Origin: an uncultured Parachlamydiaceae bacterium
Lineage (GTDB): Bacteria; Chlamydiota; Chlamydiia; Chlamydiales; Parachlamydiaceae
Length of the DNA stretch: 47,675 nt
Assembly: GCA_963752155.1 (NCBI GenBank)
Contig: CAVVXH010000019.1
Location: 1-47,675, forward strand
Reading direction: 5' to 3'
Translations under genes and position numbers: made by a program
Shown here: one piece after another, positions 9,253-19,234 of the stretch
Layout: every line of letters starts with the position of its first letter
Position numbering within the stretch: position 1 is the stretch's first letter
Notes under the pieces: model-generated
Told to the model about the DNA's origin: nothing
Database searches by the model: none
Seen by the model: the letters and a program-made list of their open reading frames with translations, nothing else

Positions 9253-9849
9253 CTAAACATTCTTCAGGGCTGTGGTAATGAGCAACGGCAGCTCCACATT
9301 TTCAGGAAGTGAATCAATGCTGCGTTTGATAGCTTTTTGTGCAATAGCCTGAGTGTACCCGAGATTAATTAAGGCACTCATAGCGTCAGAGATCAATTGC
9401 TGTTGAGGCAATTGAATGGCAAATGGTGAAGGATCCGGTGGTGCAATCCCCTTAAGCTTATCACGCATTTCAACGATGAGCCTTTCAGCCGTTTTTTTTC
9501 CAACTCCTGGAATTTTGCACAAAACAATTGTATCACCGGCAACGATCGCCTGCTGTAGTTCACGTAACGAGAGGTGTCCGATAAGACCTAACGCCATTTT
9601 AGGCCCTACTCCAGTTATTCCAATTAATATTTCAAAAAAATCTCTCTCCTGCGGACTCAAAAAGCCATAAAGAGCTTGAGACATCTCCCTAACAATAAAA
9701 GAACTATACAGAAGAACCTCATCGCCAATCGACGGCAGCTTTCCTAAAGCACTCGCAGGAATACATAATTTATATCCAACACCTTTTACATCGATAATGC
9801 AATGTAAAGGGGTGGCTTCAACTAACACTCCACGAAAAAAAGCAAACAT
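9253..9849 (-). CDS. ruvA: Holliday junction branch migration protein RuvA
   Basis: IDVKGVGY, LYGF, GITGVGPKMAL, IPGVGKKTAERLIVEM and ALINLGY. The start could also be the ATG at 9855. Confidence 0.96.
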   Translation of the reverse strand: MFAFFRGVLVEATPLHCIIDVKGVGYKLCIPASALGKLPSIGDEVLLYSSFIVREMSQALYGFLSPQERDFFEILIGITGVGPKMALGLIGHLSLRELQQAIVAGDTIVLCKIPGVGKKTAERLIVEMRDKLKGIAPPDPSPFAIQLPQQQLISDAMSALINLGYTQAIAQKAIKRSIDSLPENVELPLLITTALKNV

Positions 9850-9857
9850 AATCATCC

Positions 9858-10361
9858 CTAAATTTCTTTATCAACAAATTGATTAAATCGAATAGCATTA
9901 GAATGGCAAAGCGCTAAAGCTAATGCGTCAGCAGCATCAAAGGGCTCAGGAATCACTTTCAAGCCAAGTAGAAGTTTAACTAGATCCTGAACCTGTTTTT
10001 TCGAGGCATTTCCACGTCCTACAGCTTTTTTCACACTTGTAGGAGTATACTCATAAATCGCAAGACCGCGCCGTTTAGCGGCAATGATAGAAATGCCTCG
10101 TGCTTCGGCAAGTTTAAACACACTTTTAGCATTGCGGCCAAAATACTGTGATTCCACTGCCATTGCCACAGGATTATATTGCAGTAAAATTTGTTCTAAA
10201 GCATTAAAAATAATGAGTCCTCTTTCAGACAACAAAGCTTTGGGCGGTGGACGGATGCATCCATAATCGACAGCCACGCAAGAACTCCCCTTTAAGGATA
10301 TAATTCCATAGCCTGTGACAAGGGTTCCAGGATCGATACCAATAATAATTTTTTCGGACAT
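9858..10361 (-). CDS. ruvC: Crossover junction endodeoxyribonuclease RuvC
   Basis: IIGIDPG, AVESQY, YTPTSVKKAV, GNASKKQVQ and DAADALALALCH. Confidence 0.96.
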   Translation of the reverse strand: MSEKIIIGIDPGTLVTGYGIISLKGSSCVAVDYGCIRPPPKALLSERGLIIFNALEQILLQYNPVAMAVESQYFGRNAKSVFKLAEARGISIIAAKRRGLAIYEYTPTSVKKAVGRGNASKKQVQDLVKLLLGLKVIPEPFDAADALALALCHSNAIRFNQFVDKEI

Positions 10362-10367
10362 AGTTTC

Positions 10368-11951
10368 TTAATCGAAGAGGGTTTGCTTTAAAGTCATTTT
10401 CATCTGTGGAATATCAAAGAGATTAGGGTAAGGATTTGAATTATCCCTATCTTCTTCCTTTCTAGTTTCTTTCCCTTCAACTTCTTCCAATGGAACTCCA
10501 AATTGTAATGGAGAATGCCTTTGAATAGGTTCTTTGTTTGAGGTTGCTCCAAAATCTATAAGAAAATTTTGTAATTGTAAATGACGCTGCTCTATCTTCT
10601 CGAGATCTTGAATTTTTTCCTCAAGAATTTGCTTTGATTGATTAGATTGTCGCCACTTCTCATCCCATCTAAGAATTTCATTTTCAAGAATGCTAACTTT
10701 TTCAGCCAACTCTTTAATCTTCTTTTCCTTGGTTTGCAAATCACTTTGAAGAACTTGATTAGCTTGCTGTAATGCTGCATGAACATTTCCAGCTTCTACT
10801 TCACGAAGAATAAATTCTTCAACTTTTTCATTTAGAAGAGCTGATTCACGTACTTTTTTGGCTAAATGCTGATGTGCCTCATCAAGGGTAAATTGTTTTT
10901 CATTATTTTGTGCTGTAAGTGAGATTGTTTCATGTTGAAGTTGTTCGTTGGTGGCTTGTAAGATAGTTATTAATTGATTCGATTCTTCTAATTGCTCCTG
11001 AAGGTGCTGTAAATCTACATTCCGCTCTATTTTCTCTCTTTCAAGCGAAGTTTTTATTTCTTCTAATTCGGCATTTTCACTGAGATGTAGATCATTTTGA
11101 AATGTTAAAAGATCGATCTTTTCAAAGAGTGCTTCACGTTCCTTAATGCAAGACTTAAGGTCTGTTTCGAGGGCTTTTAGACGATGGCTTAGGAAAGCGA
11201 TCTTTTCATCAAATAGAAAGCGTTCACTTCTTTCACGTTCTTGTAAAATTGCGAATTTTTCTTTTACATCTATTAACTCTTCATGCTGTTTGCTATATTC
11301 TCGGCGTTGTTGATGAAGGGCTTTAAGAGTTTGAACTTTTTCCGCGATAGCCTCAGCATAGAGTTTTTCCATTTCTTTGGCATCACGTTGCCCTTTGGTG
11401 AGGTGTTCTTTAATGAGAGCAAGCTCATCGTGGTAATGATTAAAAGAGTTTCGTAATTCTTGATTTTCCAGTTGAGCTTGCTGAAAAGAGTTCAAAGCGA
11501 GTTGAGTAGCGGCTTGTTGTGAAATGAATGCTTCTTTTTGCGTTTCGAGTGACTTCTTTAAAACGTTGAACTGTTTATAAAGGGCTTGGATTTCTTCTTC
11601 TAGCAGTTTTCTAGAGTGTGTTTCAACATGAAGTTGATCTTCTAGGTGTTGTGCTTTCGACTTCCATTCTTGATTTTCTATTGAAAATAGTTCAGTAGAA
11701 TTCTTGAGCTCTTGCAGCTGATCTAAGATAGCTATTTTTTCTAAAAGAAGTTCCTCTATTTGTTTTTCTTTTTCTTTGAGCAGAGAGGAAATTTTTTGAC
11801 TATTTACGATTCCGTTCAAGTGGTTGAACTTATTAATGGGCTCGGATTGATGATTGTGGTTATTAGCGCTGAAACTATTTTGTTTTGGTACCTGAGAGTT
11901 TGTATGTTTAGTCAATGTTCCGTTCTCCAATCTACCTAATCCTCCTGTCAA
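10368..11951 (-). CDS. Hypothetical long coiled-coil protein
   Basis: 527-aa ORF rich in E/Q/K/L heptads, directly upstream of ruvC. The true start may be the downstream TTG after AGGAGG. Confidence 0.8.
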   Translation of the reverse strand: MTGGLGRLENGTLTKHTNSQVPKQNSFSANNHNHQSEPINKFNHLNGIVNSQKISSLLKEKEKQIEELLLEKIAILDQLQELKNSTELFSIENQEWKSKAQHLEDQLHVETHSRKLLEEEIQALYKQFNVLKKSLETQKEAFISQQAATQLALNSFQQAQLENQELRNSFNHYHDELALIKEHLTKGQRDAKEMEKLYAEAIAEKVQTLKALHQQRREYSKQHEELIDVKEKFAILQERERSERFLFDEKIAFLSHRLKALETDLKSCIKEREALFEKIDLLTFQNDLHLSENAELEEIKTSLEREKIERNVDLQHLQEQLEESNQLITILQATNEQLQHETISLTAQNNEKQFTLDEAHQHLAKKVRESALLNEKVEEFILREVEAGNVHAALQQANQVLQSDLQTKEKKIKELAEKVSILENEILRWDEKWRQSNQSKQILEEKIQDLEKIEQRHLQLQNFLIDFGATSNKEPIQRHSPLQFGVPLEEVEGKETRKEEDRDNSNPYPNLFDIPQMKMTLKQTLFD

Positions 11952-12175
11952 TGTTCATAGATTTATATAGTAAAAGGATGGCTACTTACTTGCAATATGA
12001 AAGATTTCAATAGAGCAATTCTCTTCGCGGATCCATAGCAGCTCTAAAATGGGCAAAAATTCCAGCTTCAAAGAACCAAGAGGCTTCAATCTTAAAAATA
12101 TAGACAGCTAGACAGCCGAAAAAGATTATGATACCATTAAGAATAATGGCACAACTCTAATTCGTGGATTTTATC

Positions 12176-13771
12176 ATGACCAATAATGCTTCCCTCCTTG
12201 GCCAACTTGAAGCCTCACCAGCAGCCTCACAGTGGAAACGTATTGGGCTTGGTCCCCATCATGGGATTTGTATTCCCCTCTTTTCCCTCCACACATGCCA
12301 AAGTGCAGGAATTGGAGAATATCTCGATTTACTTCCTTTGCTTTCATGGTGCAACAAACTTGGTTTAGATACTATTCAGCTACTCCCCTTGAACGATACA
12401 GGCCCCAATACCAGCCCATATAGCGCCATTTCAGCATGTGCACTAAATCCTTTGCATTTAAGCTTAGCTCAGCTTCTAGCCATGCAAGAAGATTCTCCCC
12501 TGCATACCTCATTAAAAGAAATACAGAAACTTACTTCTACCTCGCGTGTGGACTATGGATCTTTACTCACCACCCGAGAACATTTTTTAAGAGATTATTT
12601 TCGACTTCATTCAAAAGATGTTTTAAATTCAATAGCCTATAAAGAATTTCAAGAAAAAAACTCCTGGTTAAAAGGTTATGCTCTCTTTAAATCGATTAAA
12701 AGTCATTGCAATTGGCATAGCTGGAGTTCGTGGCCTGAAGAAATTAGAAATCATACCCCTCCAATAATGGAAAATCTTCAACAGAAGTATGAAATAGATA
12801 TTTCATACCATATCTTTGTGCAATTTCTTTGTTTTCAACAGATGAAAAAAGTTAGAGAATGTGCAGATAGATTGGGGATATTCCTGAAAGGAGATATACC
12901 GATTCTTCTCGATCGGGAAAGTGCCGATATATGGTTGCACCCAAATCTGTTCAATCTTGAACTTGGCGCTGGAGCACCTCCTGACGCTTATTCTCAGATT
13001 GGGCAAAACTGGGGCTTTCCGCTGTATAATTGGGAAGAAATGGAGAAAGAAGATTTTGCATGGTGGAAAAATAGACTCTCTGTTGCATCAAATTTTTATC
13101 ACATCTATCGAATCGATCACATTGTTGGCTTTTTTAGAATTTGGGGGATCCCTCGCGGTGCACCTGCTATAGCTGGCCAGTTTATTCCTTCAGACCCAAA
13201 TCTCGCTTTTCTTCAAGGACGTAAAATTCTATCGATGATGTTACAAGCTTCCGAGATGCTTCCTATAGGAGAAGACCTCGGAGTTGTTCCTCCGGAAGTA
13301 AGACAAATCATGCAAGAATTGGGCATCTGCGGCACAAAAGTGATGCGATGGGAGCGAAGTTATAATAATGATAAACATTTTCTCCGGCCGGATGAATACC
13401 CTCCCCTCAGTGTGACAACCGTATCAACACACGATTCTTCGACTCTACAACTATGGTGGAAAGAAAATAGCAAAGAAGCGCATGAATTCTGTGAATTTTC
13501 CGGTTGGGAATATCATGTTCCCCTCTCTTCTGAGTATGAATTTGCTCTTATGTATGCCAGTCATCATACAAACAGCCTTTTTCATATTAATTTGTTGCAA
13601 GAATACCTTGCATTTTTTCCGGAACTTATCCATGCAACGCCCGAAGAAGAACGCATTAATACTCCCGGAATTATTTCTAATGCGAATTGGAGCTATCGAT
13701 TTGTTCCAACTATCGAAGAACTGACGAGTAATACTGATCTTGCTACTCTGATTTGTGCTTTGAAGGCCTAG
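12176..13771 (+). CDS. malQ: 4-alpha-glucanotransferase (amylomaltase, GH77)
   Basis: IQLLPLNDT, SPYSAIS, LKGDIPIL, GAPPD, GQNWGFP, YRIDHIVGF, IGEDLG and STHD. Confidence 0.96.
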   Translation: MTNNASLLGQLEASPAASQWKRIGLGPHHGICIPLFSLHTCQSAGIGEYLDLLPLLSWCNKLGLDTIQLLPLNDTGPNTSPYSAISACALNPLHLSLAQLLAMQEDSPLHTSLKEIQKLTSTSRVDYGSLLTTREHFLRDYFRLHSKDVLNSIAYKEFQEKNSWLKGYALFKSIKSHCNWHSWSSWPEEIRNHTPPIMENLQQKYEIDISYHIFVQFLCFQQMKKVRECADRLGIFLKGDIPILLDRESADIWLHPNLFNLELGAGAPPDAYSQIGQNWGFPLYNWEEMEKEDFAWWKNRLSVASNFYHIYRIDHIVGFFRIWGIPRGAPAIAGQFIPSDPNLAFLQGRKILSMMLQASEMLPIGEDLGVVPPEVRQIMQELGICGTKVMRWERSYNNDKHFLRPDEYPPLSVTTVSTHDSSTLQLWWKENSKEAHEFCEFSGWEYHVPLSSEYEFALMYASHHTNSLFHINLLQEYLAFFPELIHATPEEERINTPGIISNANWSYRFVPTIEELTSNTDLATLICALKA

Positions 13772-13774
13772 TGA

Positions 13775-15361
13775 ATGAAGAAATTGCTTATTTATTACCA
13801 AAGAATTTTTATATTTGTCTTACTGACTATTCATTCCTTTTCCCTCGATGCCATTGAAGTATCTCAACAGAAGATTAGAGCCACTTACAATAGTCTTGAT
13901 CCCCTTTCAATTGCTCAACATTTAGCTTTTTATGAGCTATATCCTTATTCACATGAAGGAAAGAAAGCACTTACAGAGGCCTGGCAATTGATGTTGATGC
14001 ACTCTTCAACTTTCACAGATAAGAAAGGAATGACAGTTCCCTTTTCAACAGAAGCCGTCTTTTTGGATCAAACTATTCACGCAATCATTGCTTTGATAAA
14101 TAACCAACCAGATCAAAAAGCTTCCGACCTTAATGAAGAAGCCTTAAAAGCGATTGAACATGCCGGGAGCGAGCTTGGCAATCGAAGGCTAAAAGGACAT
14201 TATGCACAAACCGAAGCTGAGATCCTTTCATTACCCCCTGAAGAAATCGATTTAGCTCATGCCATTTTCCTTTCACAACAAACTCGAGATCCCGAAGCAG
14301 TTAAAAGCAAAAAAAATTACGAAGCAGCCATTGACCTTATGGCCCTACAAATTCGCGCGCGTATGCCCCAAAAAGCCACCGCTGAACAGATGATTCGGAC
14401 CATCAATGATTTTATCTTCTTTGAACTGGGTTTTCGGTTTCCCCCTCATTCACTTTATACTAAGGAAATCGAAAGATACACTTTTTTATCATCTGTGATC
14501 GATTCCAGACGTGGAATTTGCCTAGGAGTCTCAGTTCTCTACCTTGCGTTGGCTCAGCGCCTAAACTTACCCTTGGAGATAGTCACACCTCCTGGACACA
14601 TTTACGTTCGATACAGAGATGGAAATAGAATCATCAATATTGAAACAACAGCACGCGGAATAGATGTCGATTCGAAAGAGTATTTAGGCATCGATACATT
14701 TGCATTGGAAGAGCGCAACATCAAGGAAACAGTTGGTCTCGTCCATTTCAATCAAGCTGCCGATGATCTTCGCGTAGGAGCATTTGACAAAGCCCTTAAA
14801 GCCTATGAAAAGGCTAAGCTTTATATTCCTAACGACAAACTATTGGATGAATTAATGGGATCGTGTTCCATTCTTTGTGGAAAAGTCATGGAAGGGAAGT
14901 TGTTATTTGAAAAATCTCTTAACACTCCCTCTAAACATCAGATTGGGAATAATACAAGCTGTGAAGACTATCTCTTGGGCCATGCTGATGCGGATGCACT
15001 TAAATCTTTGTTTCACCACACTGAGGATAATCTTGACTCTATTCAAAATAAACAAAAAATCCTTCAAGAGATTGTTGCACAACAGCCGAAATTTAGAAGT
15101 GGGCTGCTGGGGCTAGCTATGACCTGGATCCAACTCCAACGTTTCGGTGAAGCCCTGACGCTGTTGGAAAAGTATCATGCTATCGATTCAACAGATCCTA
15201 AAGTGGAGTATTATCTTGCTGTCATCTATGCAAAACGTTATAACTTTCCAAAAGCTTGGGAGCATTTAAAAAATAGCGAAGCTATTACAAAAGCACATGG
15301 TCACTTTCCCAAAGCTCTGAAAGAATTAAGAGAAGAATTATCACTGACCTCTCCAGAATAA
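13775..15361 (+). CDS. Exported transglutaminase-like (SirB1-type) domain plus TPR protein
   Basis: N-terminal signal; SSVIDSRRGICLGVSVLYLALAQRLNLPLEIVTPPGHIYVRY...NIETT; C-terminal TPR-like helices. Confidence 0.8.
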   Translation: MKKLLIYYQRIFIFVLLTIHSFSLDAIEVSQQKIRATYNSLDPLSIAQHLAFYELYPYSHEGKKALTEAWQLMLMHSSTFTDKKGMTVPFSTEAVFLDQTIHAIIALINNQPDQKASDLNEEALKAIEHAGSELGNRRLKGHYAQTEAEILSLPPEEIDLAHAIFLSQQTRDPEAVKSKKNYEAAIDLMALQIRARMPQKATAEQMIRTINDFIFFELGFRFPPHSLYTKEIERYTFLSSVIDSRRGICLGVSVLYLALAQRLNLPLEIVTPPGHIYVRYRDGNRIINIETTARGIDVDSKEYLGIDTFALEERNIKETVGLVHFNQAADDLRVGAFDKALKAYEKAKLYIPNDKLLDELMGSCSILCGKVMEGKLLFEKSLNTPSKHQIGNNTSCEDYLLGHADADALKSLFHHTEDNLDSIQNKQKILQEIVAQQPKFRSGLLGLAMTWIQLQRFGEALTLLEKYHAIDSTDPKVEYYLAVIYAKRYNFPKAWEHLKNSEAITKAHGHFPKALKELREELSLTSPE

Positions 15362-15368
15362 AATTATT

Positions 15369-15515
15369 TAGCCTTGTTCACTTCTTCGCTCAATTATTCC
15401 TCCTCTGTGTTCTCTGTGATCTCTGTGGTAGATTTTTTTTTACCACAGAGATCACAGAGAACACAGAGGAGGAATAATTGAGCGAAAGTTTCTCGTGTAC
15501 AAGTGAACATAGCCT
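15369..15515. mobile_element. MITE-like palindromic element with a 6-bp flanking direct repeat
   Basis: TAGCCT(15369-74), TGTTCACTT(15375-83), a perfect 46-bp IR (15385-15430 / 15441-15486), AAGTGAACA(15501-09), TAGCCT(15510-15). Confidence 0.7.
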
Positions 15516-15525
15516 GTTTTTTATG

Positions 15526-15554
15526 TTGACATATGTGGTCAAGTAGATTAAACT
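15526..15554 (+). promoter_or_regulatory. sigma70/66-type promoter of the F-box-like gene
   Basis: TTGACA-17 nt-TAAACT; the -35 box overlaps the IR TTGAC-N7-GTCAA. Confidence 0.5.
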
Positions 15555-15599
15555 AAATCAAATTAATCAAATCCAAAACATTAAATTAAAGGTTCTAAG

Positions 15600-18080
15600 A
15601 TGAATACCTATTTTCCTTATACAACAATATCAAAAATGTCCGATACATTAAGACTTCTTGAAACATGCAATCAATACTCAAATGCTATAAAGGAAGAGCA
15701 AATTAATCAAATTGCTAAGAACTGTATCGAAATTTCCAATGAATCTACTTATTACCTAAATGAAGTTAAATTTAAAATCAGAAACAAGACCTTTACTGAG
15801 GCTGATATAAATATATATAAAATATGTATTCAATTATTAGGAACTTTAAAAAATACTTTATTTAAATTTCAAAATTGTGATGAAAAAATCTTACACATTC
15901 TCTCTCAGATATTTTTTGAAGCACACAAACAAATGGATGAATTGGATCAACCAATGACCCCAGATTATTCAAATCCCCTTGATGTTAAACAAGAAAAAAA
16001 ACGACCAAGTGAACCTTTAGAACCTGATGCTTTGCCTGTCGCTAAAAAACACAAATTCGTCATAGAAGAAACTATAGATTTTGAGAAATTTCCTAATGAT
16101 ATTATTTTATTAATTTTAAAAGCACTAGGTATTTCCTCTCTACTCTTGCATGCAACATCTCATCGATATAAAAATTTATTTTCTCCTGACCCCTTTAAAA
16201 AGACCTTATTCGGATACAATATTTGCAAACAATTATTAGCAAAAACATATACCAAGAATATAGACCTAAAAAAATATAAAGAATTGGCTAAAGTTTTCAT
16301 ACAAGCTCTAATCGACAGAAACTTGATCCTTGGCCAATCATCAATAAATTTGTTTCCAGTCAAAAAACTATTTCGTTTTGTGAGCTTGCCTCTTAGAGAT
16401 TTGTTTGAGATGCTATATAATTTGGATAAAAAAATATCGTTCGATTCTTTAGAGATGAATTTTGGTCTTACAAAAAAAGATAATGAGCTAATAGTGAATC
16501 CTAATTTGTTTTTAAAAACTGAAGAATGGCCAATTTTTTTAAATATTTTATCTAAAACAATACCATATGAAAGTGGAGAGAAAATCACCAAACAAATTTT
16601 AGATAATATTGTACAAACACTTGACTGTCTAAGTGATCCCAATGGGGATAATGATGATGAGTTTATAGAACTTACAGCACTTTATAAGATAATTGCAGCA
16701 TCTTTCTTTCCCAGCTTAATTAATTCTAATGATGATTTAAATTACTATATTAAAAAAGCATATGAAGGTAATCACTTAAACCAATGGTTTCATAAATGCC
16801 AACAGGATCACGAGCCTTTCACTCCAGAAATTCGACTAAAAGTAATTAATTTAATTGCATCATCAGATCAAGCCTTTCCAATAGCATTCGACGAGAAGGT
16901 AAAAGATTTCGAACGCTATGATGAACTAGATTTAAATTTTTTAGAATCTGATATTCTACAAAAAATGTTAGACTTGCAACCGGAAAAATTGAAAATAACT
17001 TCATATGTAGATGATCAAAATGCAAGTTTAAAATTTGCATTTCTTCTTGATAATTATCAAAAATATATTGCAAAAAATGGTATTAATAAAAATTCCGTCA
17101 TTGAACTTCAACAAGAAATACGAAATTTTATAAATGTTATAAATTTCCTTAGAGATCCTTCTCATAAACTTATGAATTCTAAATATGGATCTGTAATTCA
17201 AATTTACTTAAATGATGAGCTTGCTGATTCTTTTAAAATGAAAACTTTAGACACTATTCAAAAAATAATTGAAACGCCTATGCAAGAAGAAACTAGCGAA
17301 ATTGATCTTTGTGCACTTCTTCGCCTAATCCAAGTATTTTTGGAAAAACATCCTGAAAATTTTGGAGATATCGAGCATGTCTTTCCCTTCATCGCACGTT
17401 TGTCATTGAAGTTTCAAGATAATCAAGATAATTTAGTTAAATTAATTATGCAATTTCTTAGTTCAATAGATCCCAAAATTGCTGTTGAAATTATTCACAC
17501 TTATCTAAGAGAAGAGAACACAAGCATGTGGAACGGTAATAAAAAATCTAAATACGATCTATTTTGCAAAAATCATATTTGTGAAATAGCTGCTTATGAC
17601 CTTGAAAAGGGTTTTGAAATAGCTCTAGCTATAGGGGATCCTAGACTTAGATTAGAATCAATATATTCTATATTAAATTTTAACAAAGTATCCTTTGATT
17701 TTGAAAATTTCAACAATCAAACGATGTATCATAATATTATCATGTGTGCAATATTGGAACCTGAACATCTAAATCAAGAGAAATCTCTACTTAGATTACA
17801 AACTCTAATAAACGAAATTCCTATAGCATTTGAACAAGCACAAACTTTGACTTTTAAGCAAACACAGGACATTTATTTTTTGTTTGAAAAATTTAAATCA
17901 CTTTTTCCTTACATAAATGTTAATCCAACTATAGCGATGGGTCTTCTAGAATCTTTTAAAAAAATTGCAGACTCAATACCAGTCGAGATTACTGAGTGTG
18001 TAAAGAATACTATGGATGTAAATATGAAAGTTGATATATTAGCTTGGATTGCAAGAGAATGTTTAGACCTTCAAAAATAA
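15600..18080 (+). CDS. F-box-like protein with a bipartite NLS, candidate host-directed effector
   Basis: 826 aa, visibly AT-rich. KKRPSEPLEPDALPVAKKHK is followed by FEKFPNDIILLILKALGISSLLLHATSHRYKNL, which fits the F-box pattern. Confidence 0.7.
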   Translation: MNTYFPYTTISKMSDTLRLLETCNQYSNAIKEEQINQIAKNCIEISNESTYYLNEVKFKIRNKTFTEADINIYKICIQLLGTLKNTLFKFQNCDEKILHILSQIFFEAHKQMDELDQPMTPDYSNPLDVKQEKKRPSEPLEPDALPVAKKHKFVIEETIDFEKFPNDIILLILKALGISSLLLHATSHRYKNLFSPDPFKKTLFGYNICKQLLAKTYTKNIDLKKYKELAKVFIQALIDRNLILGQSSINLFPVKKLFRFVSLPLRDLFEMLYNLDKKISFDSLEMNFGLTKKDNELIVNPNLFLKTEEWPIFLNILSKTIPYESGEKITKQILDNIVQTLDCLSDPNGDNDDEFIELTALYKIIAASFFPSLINSNDDLNYYIKKAYEGNHLNQWFHKCQQDHEPFTPEIRLKVINLIASSDQAFPIAFDEKVKDFERYDELDLNFLESDILQKMLDLQPEKLKITSYVDDQNASLKFAFLLDNYQKYIAKNGINKNSVIELQQEIRNFINVINFLRDPSHKLMNSKYGSVIQIYLNDELADSFKMKTLDTIQKIIETPMQEETSEIDLCALLRLIQVFLEKHPENFGDIEHVFPFIARLSLKFQDNQDNLVKLIMQFLSSIDPKIAVEIIHTYLREENTSMWNGNKKSKYDLFCKNHICEIAAYDLEKGFEIALAIGDPRLRLESIYSILNFNKVSFDFENFNNQTMYHNIIMCAILEPEHLNQEKSLLRLQTLINEIPIAFEQAQTLTFKQTQDIYFLFEKFKSLFPYINVNPTIAMGLLESFKKIADSIPVEITECVKNTMDVNMKVDILAWIARECLDLQK

Positions 18081-18093
18081 AAAAGGTTAGGTT

Positions 18094-18966
18094 TTAAAAT
18101 CGTGTCACTCTGGTATGGCAATAAGGTTGTTTTCCATTTTTTTCATAATAAAGTTGATGATATTCTTCAGCTGGATAAAAATGAGTGGCAGGTACAACTT
18201 CTGTTGCAACCTTAGTGCCATGCTGTTCTAAATATTTTTTAAGACTTAAAGCAATTTCTTTTTGTATTTCCGTCAGATAAAATATTGCTGAACGGTATTG
18301 AGTCCCAACGTCAGGGCCTTGTCGGTTTACCTGAGAAGGATCATGGATCTCGAAAAACACTTTGGTCAAAGTTTCATATGAAATGATGCTAGGATCAAAG
18401 ATTACTTCAATGGCTTCGGCATGCCCGGTAGATTCATAGCACACTTCTTTATAACTGGGATTAACCACTGCTCCTCCAGTAAAACCAACGCGCGTTGAAA
18501 TCACTCCATGCAGTTCCTTTAGAAGGTGCTCAACACCCCAAAAGCACCCAGCGGCATAAATCGCACGTTCATAGCCTTCTTGAGTAAATGCAGGTACAAA
18601 TAGCATTGAAATGGAATTAACGCAATGTCTCGTATTTTTTTTTGTTAGATATTCCCCTGTAAAAACATGCCCCAAATGAGCTCCACAGGTGTGACATAAA
18701 ATTTCAATCCTTCGTCCATCTGCATCAGTCTTTCTTTCAATTTGAGTGGGGATTTCATCATCAAAACTGGGCCATCCACAGCCTGAATCAAACTTGTTAC
18801 TTGAAAGATAGAGAGGAGCATCGCAACGTTTGCAAATATAAATTCCGGCATCTTTTAGTTTTTCATAACTACCGGAACCTGGTCGTTCAGTTCCTTTATG
18901 GGAAATGACTGTATCTTCTGCCTTAGATAATTGACGATATCTCTTCATATCAACCTTTTGGCTCAT
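18094..18966 (-). CDS. msrAB: Bifunctional methionine sulfoxide reductase, MsrB-MsrA fusion
   Basis: MsrB motifs [14 protein letters not shown] and RHCVNS; MsrA motifs [20 protein letters not shown] and AEEYHQ. Confidence 0.95.
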   Translation of the reverse strand: MSQKVDMKRYRQLSKAEDTVISHKGTERPGSGSYEKLKDAGIYICKRCDAPLYLSSNKFDSGCGWPSFDDEIPTQIERKTDADGRRIEILCHTCGAHLGHVFTGEYLTKKNTRHCVNSISMLFVPAFTQEGYERAIYAAGCFWGVEHLLKELHGVISTRVGFTGGAVVNPSYKEVCYESTGHAEAIEVIFDPSIISYETLTKVFFEIHDPSQVNRQGPDVGTQYRSAIFYLTEIQKEIALSLKKYLEQHGTKVATEVVPATHFYPAEEYHQLYYEKNGKQPYCHTRVTRF

Positions 18967-19040
18967 TTTCTGAACTCTGCTGAGTTTTTAATTTTTTGTC
19001 AAACTTCCATACAACAAAATCGACTGATGCGGAATACTAA

Positions 19041-19186
19041 GAAAAATTAAACGCAAAGGCACGAAGGCACAAAGAGCACAAAGAGACCTTACGAGAAGAA
19101 TCTTCAGTTTAAAGAAAAAATAGGTAAATTTTATACTTTACATGTAAGATCTCTTTGTGCCTTCGTGTCTTTGTGTTTAATTTTTC
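19041..19186. repeat. Inverted repeat built from tandem CAC(A/G)AAG units
   Basis: The left arm GAAAAATTAAACGCAAAGGCACGAAGGCACAAAGAG(CACAAAGAG)ACCTTAC pairs with the right arm GTAAGATCTCTTTGTGCCTTCGTGTCTTTGTGTTTAATTTTTC. Confidence 0.85.
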
Positions 19187-19234
19187 CTATACTTTATACC
19201 CTAATATCGCAGCATCTTTCTCACCTACCAACTT

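Noticed and set aside
8745..9260. Short ORFs 8745-8954 and 9075-9260
   Set aside because: They lie within palindromic repeats and have no protein-like features.
18094..18966. MsrB-before-MsrA order as a novelty
   Set aside because: MsrBA fusions are already known in many bacteria.
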